Shown here piece by piece: positions 11,610-25,331 of a stretch of 64,000 bases of DNA. The stretch comes from Epiperipatus broadwayi. Taxonomy: Eukaryota > Animalia > Onychophora. The notes under the pieces were generated by a model. It had not been told where the DNA came from. It was given only the letters and a program-made list of their open reading frames with translations, and did no database searches. The stretch lies in NCBI GenBank assembly GCA_028023455.1, contig JAQFVV010000004.1:26846001-26910000 (forward strand), written 5' to 3'. The translations under genes and the position numbers were made by a program. The stretch's first letter is position 1, and each line of letters starts with the position of its first letter.

Positions 11610-14600
11610 ATGATCAAGATTGCATTCATCAATATTAGGGGCCTGAATTCTCATGATAGAGCCTTTGTCTTAGAGCATTGGTTTAGAACTCAAGCTCCCA
11701 ATATTTTATGTCATAGGGAGAAAAAGGTGCATCTCTGGACTGATCCACTAATAAATTGAAAAAATTAACTCACAAGGTTTTTTTCATTATTCCTTCTCCA
11801 ATGTTGCTGCAGGAGGGGTTGCCCTTATATTAAAGAAAAAGTTGCCAATTAATTTCTTTTAAAATCATTAAAGTTGACAATAATTCTCTTATTGCAATTA
11901 TAAAATTGTATAATTTTACATTTAATCTAATTAATGTGTATTTATCAAGACAGCCTGAAATAATTCATAAAGTAATACATCAATATATCACTGAGAACAA
12001 GCCTCTTTCCCATGATAATAGTTGGTGATTTTAATATCATGAAAATTTTCAAAACAAATATATTCAGTCACCAACATACCTTTAATTAGTTGTAAACTTC
12101 TTTTTCCAGAAAAAACCTTTTCTTTTTATAATAAGAAAGTGAAGACTTTGATAGACCTGTTCTTTTCCTTCCCAATATTAATTAATACATTAACAGTGGT
12201 GCACTGCCAATAGTGTTCTCAGATCATTTCTTGCTTGAATTTAAGTTCTATGGAAATGATTTTAATGAAGTGGTGTTGGAGCTCCCAAGAATGATAAGGA
12301 TGTTGACTCATGCCAACATTAATGCTCAACTGATTTCAGAAGCCTACATTTTTTAAATAGGGTCAATTTACATAGGTTTCTGGCATATGATGCATGGATG
12401 CAATTCATGAAGATTTTGGAAAAACTAATAAACAATTGTACCACTAGATCCTGAGGCCCAATACACATAATTGGGAAAAATGGGTAAAATAGCCAGTAAA
12501 TTGATTGATTTGCCTCTTGAAGCCCAAAATGTTGACTTGATCATAGAATTAAAATCAAGATATAAAGCTACACAGAGGGTGGTTTCCAAGTACTTCTCAG
12601 TCAAGAGGACATGGTAATTTATTCACCATGAGCCCTGTTGAATTAAGGGTTACATTAGGTGAGCCCTTGGTTCTGACAGGAAAGCTAAGGTACTGTGGGT
12701 CAGTGAGATGGATGGCAATCTATATGCTGGGACTTCCATGCTTACCAATGTTTGTGATTACTATGCTGAAAAGTTCCAACCTCCAGGAACAGTGATTACT
12801 AGAGAAACTTTTAGTGTAGAAAAATCACCAACATATAAAATTACAGAAACTAGGATAATTCAAAGAATTAAAATGATGCCTGAAAAGATGCATCTTGGTT
12901 TGCATGGAATTCCCAGATTCCTCTTACTTTATCTGAGTGCATTTACAGCACCCATTATAAAAGAAATGGCTGATTTGATGGCTGATGGCAGTTGGGAACT
13001 TCCAGGGATCAACCATTATAAAAGAAATGGCTGATTTGAAGGCTGATGGCAGTTGGGAACTTCCAGGGATCAACCTGATACCTATGGTTTCCTTGGTCAA
13101 GAAGCTGGAGGGCCCTTCGAACCTGAAAAATATTAGACCCATATCAATGATCCCTCTACTGATAAAGATAGTTGAAGGCCTGCTTAAGATTGATGTACAT
13201 TATAACATCTTAGTCCAGTTGTCTGCCTATCAGTTTGCCAAAAGGAGGAGTTTGATGGCCGATGCTATAAGTTGATTTTGCCTCCTGATAGATCATGTAT
13301 GCATGAAAAAAATGTCTCAGCTAGTTGCAGTCCAGTTCAACTTCGCTGCAGCCTTTGATTGTATCAGAGTTGATATACTCCTGAGGGTTTTGGAGGGGCT
13401 CAAAGTGCCTCCAGCATACTTCCAGATGATAGAGAACCTTTTTCAAAATCATGAAGTGGTTCTCTCTCTGGATGGATGAGTCACTCCAGGTTTCAGCCCT
13501 ATGTTACCATTCCACAGGGTTCACCTCTGAGTGCGTGCCTATTTACAGCTTATGTGAATCCCTTCCTGTTAAGCATCAAGGCAGGCCTTAAAGGGATAGC
13601 CATTCCTTTCCTGAAGGAGAACATCTTTCACATTTCCTATATGGATGATGTAGTGGTATTTCTCTCTTGACAGGCAGAGTTTGCAAAGCAGGAGGAGCTC
13701 TTGGACTGATTCGAATTAGAATTTAGTCTAAGGGTCAACGAGAAGAAATTGGAAAATGGTCAATTAGGACCAGAAAGAAAATTTCTGGCAGGTTTAAGAC
13801 TCCTCCTCAGAAGTTACTGGGATTTCATCTTGCTTCCAACCCTTTTAAAATGAGGAAAGAAATCCAAGATGTATTTATTAATTAAAATAGGGAAATTTGT
13901 CGCTTCCTGGGAAAAATCTACTTATCCCTATTTGGGAAAGTGGCATTGATGAATGCCATCATGCTTCCAAAAATAACATATTTCCTTGTGGATTTTTTTC
14001 CAATGAAAGCCTTCATAAGGAATGTATGAAATTATGTTGGGGAGGGAGTAATGGCTCCTGTCATCAGCCTAAGCCTCCTGCAAAGACCCTGACAACAAAA
14101 TGGATTAGGTCTACACTTGATTAGGATGTTTAGTGCAAAGTATGCACAATATTTTATGCAAACTTTTTATTAATAATCCAGAAATGGAAGGTCCAATCTC
14201 GCCTAAAGAAATTATTCCTACAGATCAGCTCCCTCCCAAAATGAGTAAACTTTGGATCCAACAACAGGTGATGCTGGTACTTGATAATTTCAAGACCAGT
14301 GTTACCACAACACTATTTCAAAATAAGATGAATTATTGGAGCATGTATAATACTATAAATCCTAACAAACCAAATATTGAAAATATACTTCCAATTGGGT
14401 TTCTAAGGTTCTCGAGGTTGACTAAGTGACTAAAATTGAAGCCTAGATTTGGTGACTTTGTCATCAAGGCCAACCCTGGGGTCTTGCCAATGGCTGTCTG
14501 ATTGCACTATGGTATGGACCCTATCTGTTCAATGTGTAAAAAACGGGAAGAAACAGTGGAACATATATTGGAAGAATGTGAAACATGGATTAATTTGCAC

Positions 14601-14897
14601 AACATTTTAAAGTCATTCATTGCACACAAAGAGACTGCCTGTGTGGACTTAATTAAGGCCTTCAAGAACGGATTTTTTGGATGGATTAGACATGCAACAT
14701 TTATTAACTTTAGTATTTGTACTCTCAGGCATAGACTGAATCTTTGAAAAAGGTATAGACATTAATCCATTAAAAATGATTTTGGAATCATTACAAGAAT
14801 TCAAAGCTGATGATAAGAAATTCTGCCAGAGATGGTTGACAAACCAAATGTGGTTGTTAATAAGTTTAAGTCAATGATAAATACTGGAAGTAGTTAA
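11610..14897 (+). pseudogene. LINE ORF2: APE endonuclease, reverse transcriptase and C-terminal Cys/His finger
   Basis: MIKIAFINIRGLN (11610), IIVGDFNI (about 12017), FSDHF (about 12215), NIRPISMIPLLIKIVE, AAFD, IPQGSPLSACLF, SYMDDVVVF, DPICSMCKKREETVEHILEEC. Interrupted by multiple stops and frameshifts. Confidence 0.92.
12952..13073. repeat. 61-bp tandem duplication frameshifting LINE ORF2
   Basis: ccattataaaagaaatggctgatttga(t/a)ggctgatggcagttgggaacttccagggatcaa starts at 12952 and 13013. Confidence 0.95.
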
Positions 14898-16149
14898 GTA
14901 ATAAAACTGCACATAAAGATAGTATAAAATGAATTTAGTAATAAAACTTAGTTATTTAATCTAGAAACTGAACTATTACATGAAGATGGATGCTACAAGA
15001 GTAGGAAATGAAATACAGATTAGGAAAGATGTACAATTGGTGAATAATATTACAGAGCAAGAAATTTGGTTCAATTATTTTTTGTTTGTTGTAAAATTAA
15101 CCTTTTATTAGATTTGTTCTATTTATTGTAGAGTAGTTTCTTTTTAGATGTTATAGTGATTGATTAATAAAATATTGAGAGATGTGTTGAGGTTTAAGGT
15201 TACTCAGATGTAACAAATAGGTTACCTCTATGATTTTGTCTTGACGAATTGAACAACCATGTTATAAGTGGAAGTAAAGGTTCAATTTTGATAAGTTTAA
15301 AACAAATCATGTATAAATTGAAATTTGTTCATCTAGAGAAAGGGAGATTTTATAGATAAGAATTTAATTGAATTGTATATATTTTGTCTAGACAGTTGAT
15401 ATAACACATAGAGGGAATACTGGATTTAATGTGTTATCAACAGAGAAAACTGTAATCTAAAAAAATTAATGGAATAGAAATGCGCAATGTTATTTTTTAT
15501 GTAAATTCATAATCATTCTATTACTTACATTTTTATTATTCTTTTTTTTTTTTATTTGTAAAGTTGATTATTTTATTTTTAAACTAATTTTATTTAATGT
15601 ACTTATGTTTTTAATAACTTTTTGAAAGGAATAAAAAATAAGACTTTTTTTCCTTAAAAAAAAAAAAAGTCATTTCATTTCCTCAAAAAAAATATAACTA
15701 AAAAATAATCTAAAAAAATAGGATTGTACAAGTATACAACAGTTGGAACCCAGAGAAAATAGACTTACTTCTATGATTGGAAAAAAAAATTAAATATGAA
15801 AATAATTTCAGTGCAGTAAAAGCTTTAATTTTTTCTTTTCATATGCAGCTTTTTTAAAAAAAAAATATTGCATATTGTTCTTATATTTGCTCAAAAAAAA
15901 TGTCTGAGATTGTTTGACATTTATACTTAATTTGATTTAAATGGATAATACTTATATTCATTTTCGAATGACATATCCATATAACATGAAAAATAATTGA
16001 ATATTTTTATTCCCATCTCTAATTACAAAATTTAGTTAGCAAGTAGATAGTTAAATAATTTTTGATGTTACCTTTTGTATATCTGTGCATGTATTCAGTT
16101 ATGTTTGTATCTGTGTTAACATTTGTATGTAAATTAGATGAATATTAAT

Positions 16150-16700
16150 CATTATTCCATTATTATGTTTACTTAAAAATCCAAAATTCATTTTGAATTT
16201 TGTCTTGATTTGTATTTATATATTCTATTAATCAATTTATTAACTATTACCACATTGTTATTTTATCTAGGTAATAAAATTGTAAGTGGTAAATTTTGTA
16301 TTCCTATATACTCTTTATAACATATCTATTATAATCCTTTATTTGTTAAAAACTAAACATTAAATGATAGTAATAGCACAAGTGTGTTGTGTGTGAATTC
16401 TATGGAATTGTCTTTTGTATTATGTGGATGACATCAAAAATTATTGTATTCTATAATAATAATTTTTGGTGTTTGTAGGAGTTAGTTTCACACACACATG
16501 TATATTTCTGTATGCTATTATTGTTTCAAAATATAGTTAATGAATAAATTCCATTTTACATAAATTGGCAACTCAATTTGGGCAATTCTACATTGCTACT
16601 CAACCTATTTCTGCTGCCCAACCTGGTGTACAAACATGTTACCATATATATATATGGTGATATGAAGATTTTCATGGGTTGCAGATATAAGTGATATACT
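16150..16700 (-). pseudogene. Decayed Penelope-like RT fragment
   Basis: Minus-strand pieces GVAM*NCPN*VANLCKMEFI (cf. GVAMGSPLSP.VANLYME), an NFLDV-like motif, and IIDML*RVYRN (thumb region). Frameshifted; boundaries approximate. Confidence 0.55.
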
Positions 16701-16795
16701 GCATGGGTTGATTCAATTATGATTTTGATTATGAATTTACAGATGTTTTAATTTGATTATACAAGCCATCAATTGACTGAATGATAAATAGAATA

Positions 16796-17365
16796 TTATA
16801 AAGATGGCTGTAGAGGCACTGTAAACACTGATTTATAATAAATGTTAAAGTTATTCCAAATAGAAGGAAGTTTGCACGTGCCATAATGTTTATTGACGCA
16901 GTTTGATCTTTTTAGTATCTCAATCACTTCTTTGATCTCACTATATTGGTAGAGAGGGTTACATCTGGATAATATCCTGATATTAGAGAAATCAATATTG
17001 GGACTTGAATCTATAGCATAGAATGAGAGTGCTGTGAATGATGGGTGTTGCTTAACTGCATTATCGTGTCCATCTTTTCTACTACTGATATGATGGTTGC
17101 TCATACTTGTATAAGAAACATTATAAATGACACATGAAATTTCATAAACTTCATGAACTCAGGGGGATTGAATCTTTAGGTTTGATTATAATGTGATAAA
17201 TTTTTTGATAAGTAGTATATGCTGTTTTTATATTGCAGCATTTTAGTATATGTCCAATACTGTCTGCAATTTTTTTTTTATGTTTATTCTCTTTTTTTGT
17301 TTTTTATTTTGATTATTTTGGGCTTGAATCAAGGCTTGGGGAATAATTTTGTTATTATAATCATT
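16796..17365 (-). pseudogene. Penelope-like GIY-YIG endonuclease region
   Basis: IADSIGHILKCCNIKTAYTTYQKIYHIIIKPKDSIPL, a frameshifted VYEISC, and ORF 16796-17104 with FTALSFYAIDSSPNIDFSNIRILSRCN...IKEVIEILKRSNCVNKHYG..LPSIW (typical PLE GIY-YIG C-terminus). Confidence 0.85.
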
Positions 17366-17379
17366 AGCTGATAGAACAC

Positions 17380-17500
17380 TATTTATACAATTTATTTATT
17401 TCAGATGTGATTTTTACATCATTAATACAGTGATATTTTTATAACTTTGATGTTGTTTCTTTGTTTACAAATGTTCCAATTGTTGAAGGCTTAAGATGTA
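17380..17500 (+). pseudogene. Short Penelope-like RT fragment, inverted relative to the adjacent GIY-YIG piece
   Basis: ttt gat gtt gtt tct ttg ttt aca aat gtt cca at 17446-17478 encodes FDVVSLFTNVP, the diagnostic PLE RT motif. Confidence 0.8.
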
Positions 17501-18396
17501 ATTCTTAATGCTAAAATTTACCAGACTATGTTATTTATCAAAAATTACTAAATCTAAATTAAAAATAGCACAATATGTTTGCTCAATTTTTAAACATCTA
17601 ACATTATCACACATGCATAAAAATGTAGAACTGAAAAAAAAAATGAAAATTTTATTCAGCATAAAACTTAATGTAAATATGTTTTCGGTTTTAAAACCAT
17701 ATGCAAAATTGCATACAATAAACTGAAAAAAAAAAATCATACTTTTAATATTTATTTAATCATTTGACTATACTAATCAAATAATTTTTAAGTCATTTCA
17801 AAAAACATGTCTACAACACTTAATAAAATGTGACATTTCAGGGCAAAAAAAATGTATCAGCTAGCATATTTCTATAGAAGTGATGTTTATTTAGATCTGC
17901 ATAGTACGCATTGTAAAAAAAAAAAGTCTTAAATATTGATTACAATGAATTAGACACTTTTTTTCTTTTTTAATATGTCAGAATATTTTTTTGAAGTTAA
18001 CTACAATTAACCATATTTACTTTCAGAGTGCAAGAGAGACGCTTTAGTTTTTTAATTTTTAAGTTTGCATTTTTCACCTCTACTGAAAATTTTGTGACTT
18101 TTGTTTTTATGGCTTTAAAATTTGTGTATATTTATTTTCTACTATTTTAAATACAAAAATAGTCAATAGATGGCTTGGAAAGCCAAGAGTCATTCCAATG
18201 AATGATCGTAAGCTCCGCCGATGATGAATAGCCATTATATATTTCATGATCTTGAACCTTGCATGTTGACTTCGAGCAAATATTACGGTCTTCCAGAAAA
18301 TATTATGGTGGTGTAAAAACTTCATTAAAAAGTAAGTATATTTATATATTCATTTTTTACAAAAATTAAAACAGACAAAACTCACTATATATATAT

Positions 18397-20900
18397 TGTA
18401 ACGGGATGAGGGTAATCAAAAAAAAAGTAGACATTGAACACGGGGGGATGAAAAAAATCATCAACCCCAAGTCAATACAAAATGAAATATCAATAATTTG
18501 AAAAATTATCTATAAGTAATATTTAAAGATATAGGAGCATCAGATTACAAAAAAAATCTGTGAGAACATTGTTGAGAGATCAGAAGTTAACTCAGAAGAG
18601 CAACTAAAAGCATAATTATAAATTCTATCAGCATTATAAGTCAAAATAAGTATGAGTACTACTAATACTCAAAATAAGTAATCATTTATCATCATGAATG
18701 ATCCAGAATAAAATATAATAGTCCATCTTGTGATTGGTTTGAAAGTGGGTCTTCTTTAGACCAGGCTAACTATTGAGCCTTTGCCAGCTTGGGCAATTAT
18801 TTAACCATTAATTTGGGGGCACAAACTAAGTGTTCATCCATCAGAATACATAAGAATCAAACAATAATGTTGGGACATTAAAACACGCTGATCATCATCA
18901 ATGCTCTGGCCACTTGTACTGGCCAACTATAAACTTACATTTTTTTAACAAGACTAAACTAAATTAAATATAGTGTGTGGGCTTTAAAGAGTATCCTCTT
19001 TTGCACCAACCAGGATGATGATTGATCATCTCTGGATGCCCCAAAACACTAAATACACACCCCCATTTATATATTCACCCCGTGCATGAATCTAGCTCGG
19101 AGAACACAAGCTCTATTACTGCATGTGACTAAGAGATGATGGAAACAATTTTAACAATTAAATATAAGTTTATTAATAACAAAAGAATAAATGATATTTA
19201 AGGTCTTATAGGATAAGGCTCTGATTTTGAAAAGTATACAAAATTATATACCCAACTAAAGTTATTACATTGTTTTACAATATTTCTCAATTAGTTTCTA
19301 TAAACGCATATATATATATCTGTACACAGATGCGCATTTTACAATATACAAGGAATACATTTCAATTAACATAAAATAATTATAAAAAAATGATTAAATT
19401 TTGTTATACTTGACAAGCATTCATCTATATACGCACACATACATGTGGGTGTGGGTAATTTCTAAACATATTTACTTAACCTACTATAATACATGATTAA
19501 ACTTTTAAATTATATTTTAAATAATACAAATACTTATGCCAGGTTTACTACAACACGCATATAGAATTGCACAGATTATTAACAAATTTAAATTTTTTAA
19601 ATAATAAATAATAATACTTTTATAATTAATAATTTCATTTTCAATATACATGAAATTTACCTATACACATGTGTATCAATATTAAAAAAAAATCAGTTTA
19701 TCAAATTCTATTATAGCTTTCTTTTATTCTTTTAAAAAATATATAGTCAATTTCCCAGAGATTATAAAGCTTTTATTAGATTACCTCTTAACTAATTATA
19801 AATGTCTTTAAATTTAAAAATATGATTTAAAATGTCCATCAAATGAATTATTGAAAAACAACTCACTTTTGTATGCAAATTTATTGTGCTTCTCTTTGCA
19901 TATGTAGACACAGCCGCATATGTATAACTACTTCTTTATTCAGCTGATGTTTCTCTTGGGCAAGTTATTTTTGGTCAATCCAGGTTTGTTGTCATCATCA
20001 GGTAAAAGTATATAATTCAGGTATGGTCAGCTTTCTCCCTTCTGTAGTTAGTTTCACTTATACTTGGATTTTGTAAGCTTCAGGTCAGCAAGCTGTTTTC
20101 CAGACACTTTTAAGACTATTAATTACAAAGAATCTTGACCCATTTCCTCCATGTAAATTCAAACTCCATCAGTAAACTGAAGCAGCCACTTCCTTGCATT
20201 CTTACATCCCCACGAGAGTTCTTATAATTATACTAGCCATCTTTGCAGTTAGCTTACTGTTGCCATTCTCTGCTGCAGTTACCAATTCTTCATAAAATAT
20301 TTTAGCCAACTTTACAGCTAGCTCTTCTGCTAACTCTTACAAAACTGCAAGTCCAACTAACTGATATTTTTTATCAGTCTTTTATAACCTTGGTTAGGTC
20401 AGGTGACAAAGACACAGTGGCTGTTTTCAATCTGTCTAATCCATTTGAAAACAAGCTGGAAATGTCTATCAAAGTGTGATTTTCATGTTTTTACTTTAAT
20501 CTTTGGAATTTGACCAAAGGTGTGACAATCCTTTAAAATTTTTCACCTACAAAGATTTTTTTTACCTATATAGTAGAATGCAAATAAGCATTAATTAAAA
20601 AAAGATATTTTCTACAAGTATTAATTAAAAGATTTAAAAAAATAAATTATGCTTTTTTTTGTTAATTTCAAAATCAGAATTACAAATATTATTTATCAGA
20701 CCTTTTTAAAATACTTATTTCACAATGAAATTTTACTTTAAACCCAGAGTTATTTAATCCTTTACTTCTTATTTTATTTCAGGAAATATAAAAAAATCTA
20801 CAAAAATTTATCCTGTGTTTATTTCTACTTTTCCTTTACTTTATATATATGGACACACACGATATTATTATGGATGTACCATGTAACCCAATTGGTTACA
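18397..20900 (-). mobile_element. Probable solo long LTR (Gypsy-type)
   Basis: Termini tgtaac...gttaca (perfect 6-bp IR), flanked by atat/atat inside an (AT)n tract. The left end tgtaacggg resembles tgtaccggg, tgaaccggg and tgaactggg of the other LTRs here. No pol seen. Orientation inferred by analogy. Confidence 0.6.
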
Positions 20901-21569
20901 ATATATATATTATTTAACAACAGTTATACACAAGCATAAGAGGTGGTCAGGTGATGATTTTTTTACAGAAATGTTTTATTTTTAAATAAAAGATATTTTC
21001 TTTTAAATATTGTTACTATAGAGATTATAATCATAAGAAATACAGCTGTCTACAAAATGTCATTCACCTGACTGGTATGATATTTAGAAATATAAAAATT
21101 ATGAAAAAATTGTAAACTTTTAAAGGATAATTTGGTAGATTTAGTAGTTATTAAAAAAATTTGTTTAGATTTTTAAATCAAATTTGAAACAATGAAGATT
21201 TTGTTCATTTTATAAATTGAATTGACTCCACCTGAAATTTGATGATGTGACTACATTTTGTTTTGAATAAATATATTTTTTAAAATAATTTCAGAAATCA
21301 AATGTGATTTTTTAAATTTTATTTAATTTCTAAACAAAAATATCTATCAAATGAGGTCAAATTTATTATATTCTGATAAATAATAAAGATTTAATAACAA
21401 CAAAAGCTGTCGGAAAAATAGTGAAAATAGATAGGGTTAAGTTTTGACAATTTACAGTATGCTAATTTTGTTATTTCTTATTCTAATGATAATTGACAAA
21501 TTTTTATGATCAATTAAATAAGTTGTTTTTATTTTTTAAATTTTAAATGATTTCATAAAAGTACTATAA

Positions 21570-22470
21570 ATGGTAGTACAAATTTGAAAAAAATTGAACT
21601 TCAGTATGGATTTTTTTCACCGCAATGAGAAACAGTTGTATGGAAGAACACAAAACATTATTAGCAGCTAGTTTACTTTCACTTTCTCAATCATTGTGCA
21701 ATACTTTTGGACAGTTAAAAGACACTTTTTTCTAGTGATTCTGTTTAAAAGTTACATTTCCAAATAGGATCATGACTGCAACTAACATAACCATGAAAAA
21801 TCAAGAAATTATTTGAGTTTAAAAACAGAAATGGATAACTTAAGTCAACTAGAGAGAGAAGAAAGAAATCATACCTGTTGTTCTATCAGATATCCACATT
21901 AACTCTCATCACTATTTTTAGAAACAAAGACAAAATAGAACAAAATGCTTAAACGACTGTAGGAATGTGCAAACTTTCCATAATCATGAAATCATGGCAT
22001 TACATATAACAAAATCAAACAAACATATCAATCATCTATTCTAAATGTTTTAGAGTGATTATGTGGTGCACTCATCCAAAAAAACCAAGATCATCAAAAA
22101 ATTTAGAAGACAACAATTGACCTTAGAATAGTAATTCATGATTTAGAAAATTAGATAATTATGATTGATAAATTAAACACTGGAAAAAACAACTTTAAGA
22201 TAAGTATTTTTTACATAGATTTAAGTTGCATTATCATATATACATACATATTTTAAGTGCATAACTGCATAACACACATAGCACAGTTTACACAAGCATA
22301 TAACATACATTAAGAGAGATTTTCAATTGCTAAATATACTAGATTAAGTTGCTGTTCACATATGTAATTTTTAGCTGGAATAACTAACCAAATATCTGTT
22401 CTTTTTATGATATTTTTGCTTGAAAATGAGTTTTGGGGGATCAATTGCCTTCACTAAGTTGAGTAAATAT
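21570..22470 (+). mobile_element. Degenerate pogo/Tigger-like element fragment
   Basis: Similar to 35580-35986. From ATG at 21793, frameshifted MKKSRNYLSLKTEMDNLSQLEREERNH...NKDKIEQNA (CENP-B-type HTH N-terminus). The right end resembles the TIR region of 34652-35986. Left TIR not found. Confidence 0.5.
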
Positions 22471-23574
22471 ATACTATAATTGAAAATAAACCTATTTTAA
22501 ACAGAATGTTATTTAAAATAAAAAAACATCTGTTTCAATGATAAGTACATTAAAACAAAATAAAAATAAATTACATTATTAAATTTTGAAAAATTAGCAT
22601 TTATTACCTACATTTAATACTGAAAAATAGTTGACCTCAAGTGTGCAAGGATTTATTTCAATTCCTTTCTCAGTAATTCTATTCTTATTGTTTAAATAAA
22701 TTGTATGTGAAAATTGACTTATTTTTAAACATTTTCAGTTTATGAATTAGAATACATAAGAAAATTTATCTTCCAAAAGGCAGATAATAAATAATTGAAA
22801 TAATCATTACAGATATTTATTAATGTATCAAATTTAAAAGTAAAGGGAATTCATGAATTCAATACTCAGAAGAATATGCCCCAATAGTGAAAGCCAGATG
22901 CATGATCCAACACTCATCTGATAAATCTTTCAGCCTTTAAAATCTATCTAATAATAGATAAATATACATCCTCTCACCATGGTATTGGATGACTACCTAA
23001 CAATTGCTTTAACATGGAAAAAAATTCAAGATTCACTAAATTTGAACAAAAATATCCGACCATGAGAAATAGCAGGAAGATGCAATAACTACTATGCCAT
23101 GTGAAACATTTACTTACCAAATATGTGATATAATTTTTAAAAAAGTATTCTTAGGTCTCTACAATTTGGGGACTTAATTCATTATATAATCAGATAGACA
23201 AATCTCAATAAATTTAAATTTTTTTAATGTATTTATATATTTTTAGATGCATCTTATAACAAAACTAGTATACTGTCAAAAAATTGTGATAACCAAATAA
23301 TAAAATAAATTTAAAATCTTTCACTTTTATATAAAAACATTAATTTTATAAAGGCTAAATGCTATATGAGGAAGGAAAAAGAATTTCACAACTGAGGAGC
23401 ATGATGAAAAAATTGAATATTGCTGAAAAATAAAGTACAAGGAAAGATAAAAAAAGGGGGAAATTAAATTAGACAATTAATTTTAAAAACATGAAAAATT
23501 AATAACTTTTATAATATATATAATATTTAAATATATGTATATTGTCTATACTAAACTTAATGTAATTATAAGAA

Positions 23575-24066
23575 ACTTGAACTTTCAAGCACCTCACATC
23601 TATCCAATCTGCCTTATAAAAATGAAACACATGACCACATACATATATTTAAAAATTACATATTCAGTCTGTATTCTGACCATCCCTCTTCTGTATAATT
23701 AAATGAACATGTTAAGATCCCATGTGTGAGAGGTCAGAGTAACTTAAGGTCAATATGGATATGATAATAATATTGGCATCAACAAGGGCTTTGAGCATTC
23801 CATCCATGGATTTTCAATGAAAAGGATAGTTGAAGAGTTGGAGAGTGGAAAAGATTGAAAATTGTCCATGAAAGTTTAAAGATTTGCTATCTTAATATAA
23901 ACAGAGCAGTCATTGTATATATGTGTGGGAGATGGTGATATGTACCAACTGGCTCAGCATGAAATACGTTTATTGAACATCATTTATCTTTTATGCATTT
24001 ATGTAGTTATTTGTAATAGTTCTATAAGATGAATTGGATAGATGTGAGGTACTTAAAAGTTCGAGT
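23575..24066. mobile_element. MITE-like element with 34-bp TIRs
   Basis: acttgaactttcaagcacctcacatctatccaat (23575) pairs with attggatagatgtgaggtacttaaaagttcgagt (ending 24066), 3 mismatches. No clear TSD; superfamily unassigned. Confidence 0.6.
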
Positions 24067-24125
24067 TCAAGTCCCTTAAAACATATATATATATATTGAA
24101 CTGGGTGAGAAAAAATCACTGATTA

Positions 24126-25331
24126 CACCTGCGTCTCATTTTATGCGATAGATAGATTCCTCAGAAAACACGCACAAACAAAATCGCGCAAAAATAGACG
24201 TAACTTACATTGAAAAAGGGGGGATGCAGTCTGTGATTTTTCAAAATTCGCATAAAAGCAAAGCACCAACGTAAAATTACTTTAAAATTCATGCAAAAAA
24301 AAAAAAATAAGGAAATAAAATATGACTAATAAAAAATTTCAAATTTGAAAAAAATTGATACAAGACAAACTTTTTTTAACTATAATATTTAATTTTATTC
24401 AAAATAATATATTTTTATGCATAATTTATAGTACAGTAATTTACATTTTTTTATACACGTTTTAATTATTATCGCTATTTGCTCAAAAACACGTTCGTTT
24501 GCAAACTAGTAAAAAATCAGATTCTCATGTGATGTGATGTGATGTATTTGGCTTCTCCTTAAATGAAGTCAAGAATATCTCAGCAATTATTCTCACAAGA
24601 GGAAATACAACTAGCACCAAGTTCACTCTCATGTTGTGTTAATGGTTTTCTTTTGATGACGATGATGATTTTATTAATTGCTTATGAACTTAGACTTATG
24701 ATAATAAAGACATTTATTCACCACTGCTGGGAAAAATTTAATTAAAACTAACAACTAAAAATTAAATTCTTATTTTTGTTTTTAATTTTCAATTCCGTTT
24801 AAAAATCAAATTTCGTTTTACATCACATTAATTTCAAGTCGCCCGTAAGTAATTTTTAAATTGTTAATTACAATTAAAAATCATATTTTAATTTTTAATT
24901 GTGCCCACTGCTATTTCTGACCTTTTAAAAATAAACTTGTGGACACTAAATGATTAATAATTGATTACTGTTCTTTTTTAAAAAGCAAAAACAGAATGCG
25001 ATTTAAAATGCAAAATTACCACGCACAATGTTTGAACAAATTTACATTATAATCTTGTAAAATTTAATGTGTGTATACATAAAATGTGGAAATCATGATT
25101 TTAATTTCATTATTGCATAAAATCTTACTATTATAAAGCACTGAAAATATTGAAGTTACTAAGATGAAAGTAGAATTCCAATAATGTGCTATTACTTTCA
25201 ATATAATGTAAGTGCGAGAAATTTATTATTTAAAGTAATAGCGCATTATCGGAGGTCGACTTCCAGTGAAACATGAATCGCGTAACTTCAAAATCATGTT
25301 AAATAAGTTCGCATAAAAAGAGACCCAGGTA
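24126..25331. mobile_element. Non-autonomous pogo/Tigger-type (Tc1/mariner) element inserted in the LTR
   Basis: ta|cacctgcgtctcattttatgcga ... tcgcataaaaagagacccaggta|ta. Same family as 52924-53791; no transposase ORF. Confidence 0.85.

Larger units (their letters stand above)
8700..15668 (+). mobile_element. Near-full-length Tx1/L1-clade LINE, pseudogenised
   Basis: Long ORF1 remnant with CCHC knuckles, then ORF2 with APE-RT-CCHC order, then a T-rich 3' UTR ending aataaaaaataag...ccttaaaaaaaaaaaaa (about 15668). The 5' boundary is approximate and no TSD was found. Confidence 0.85.

Noticed and set aside
19880-20480. Minus-strand protein-like stretch inside the solo LTR
   Set aside because: Many stops, no motif, and it occupies the same position as the GC-richer R-like segments of the other LTRs.
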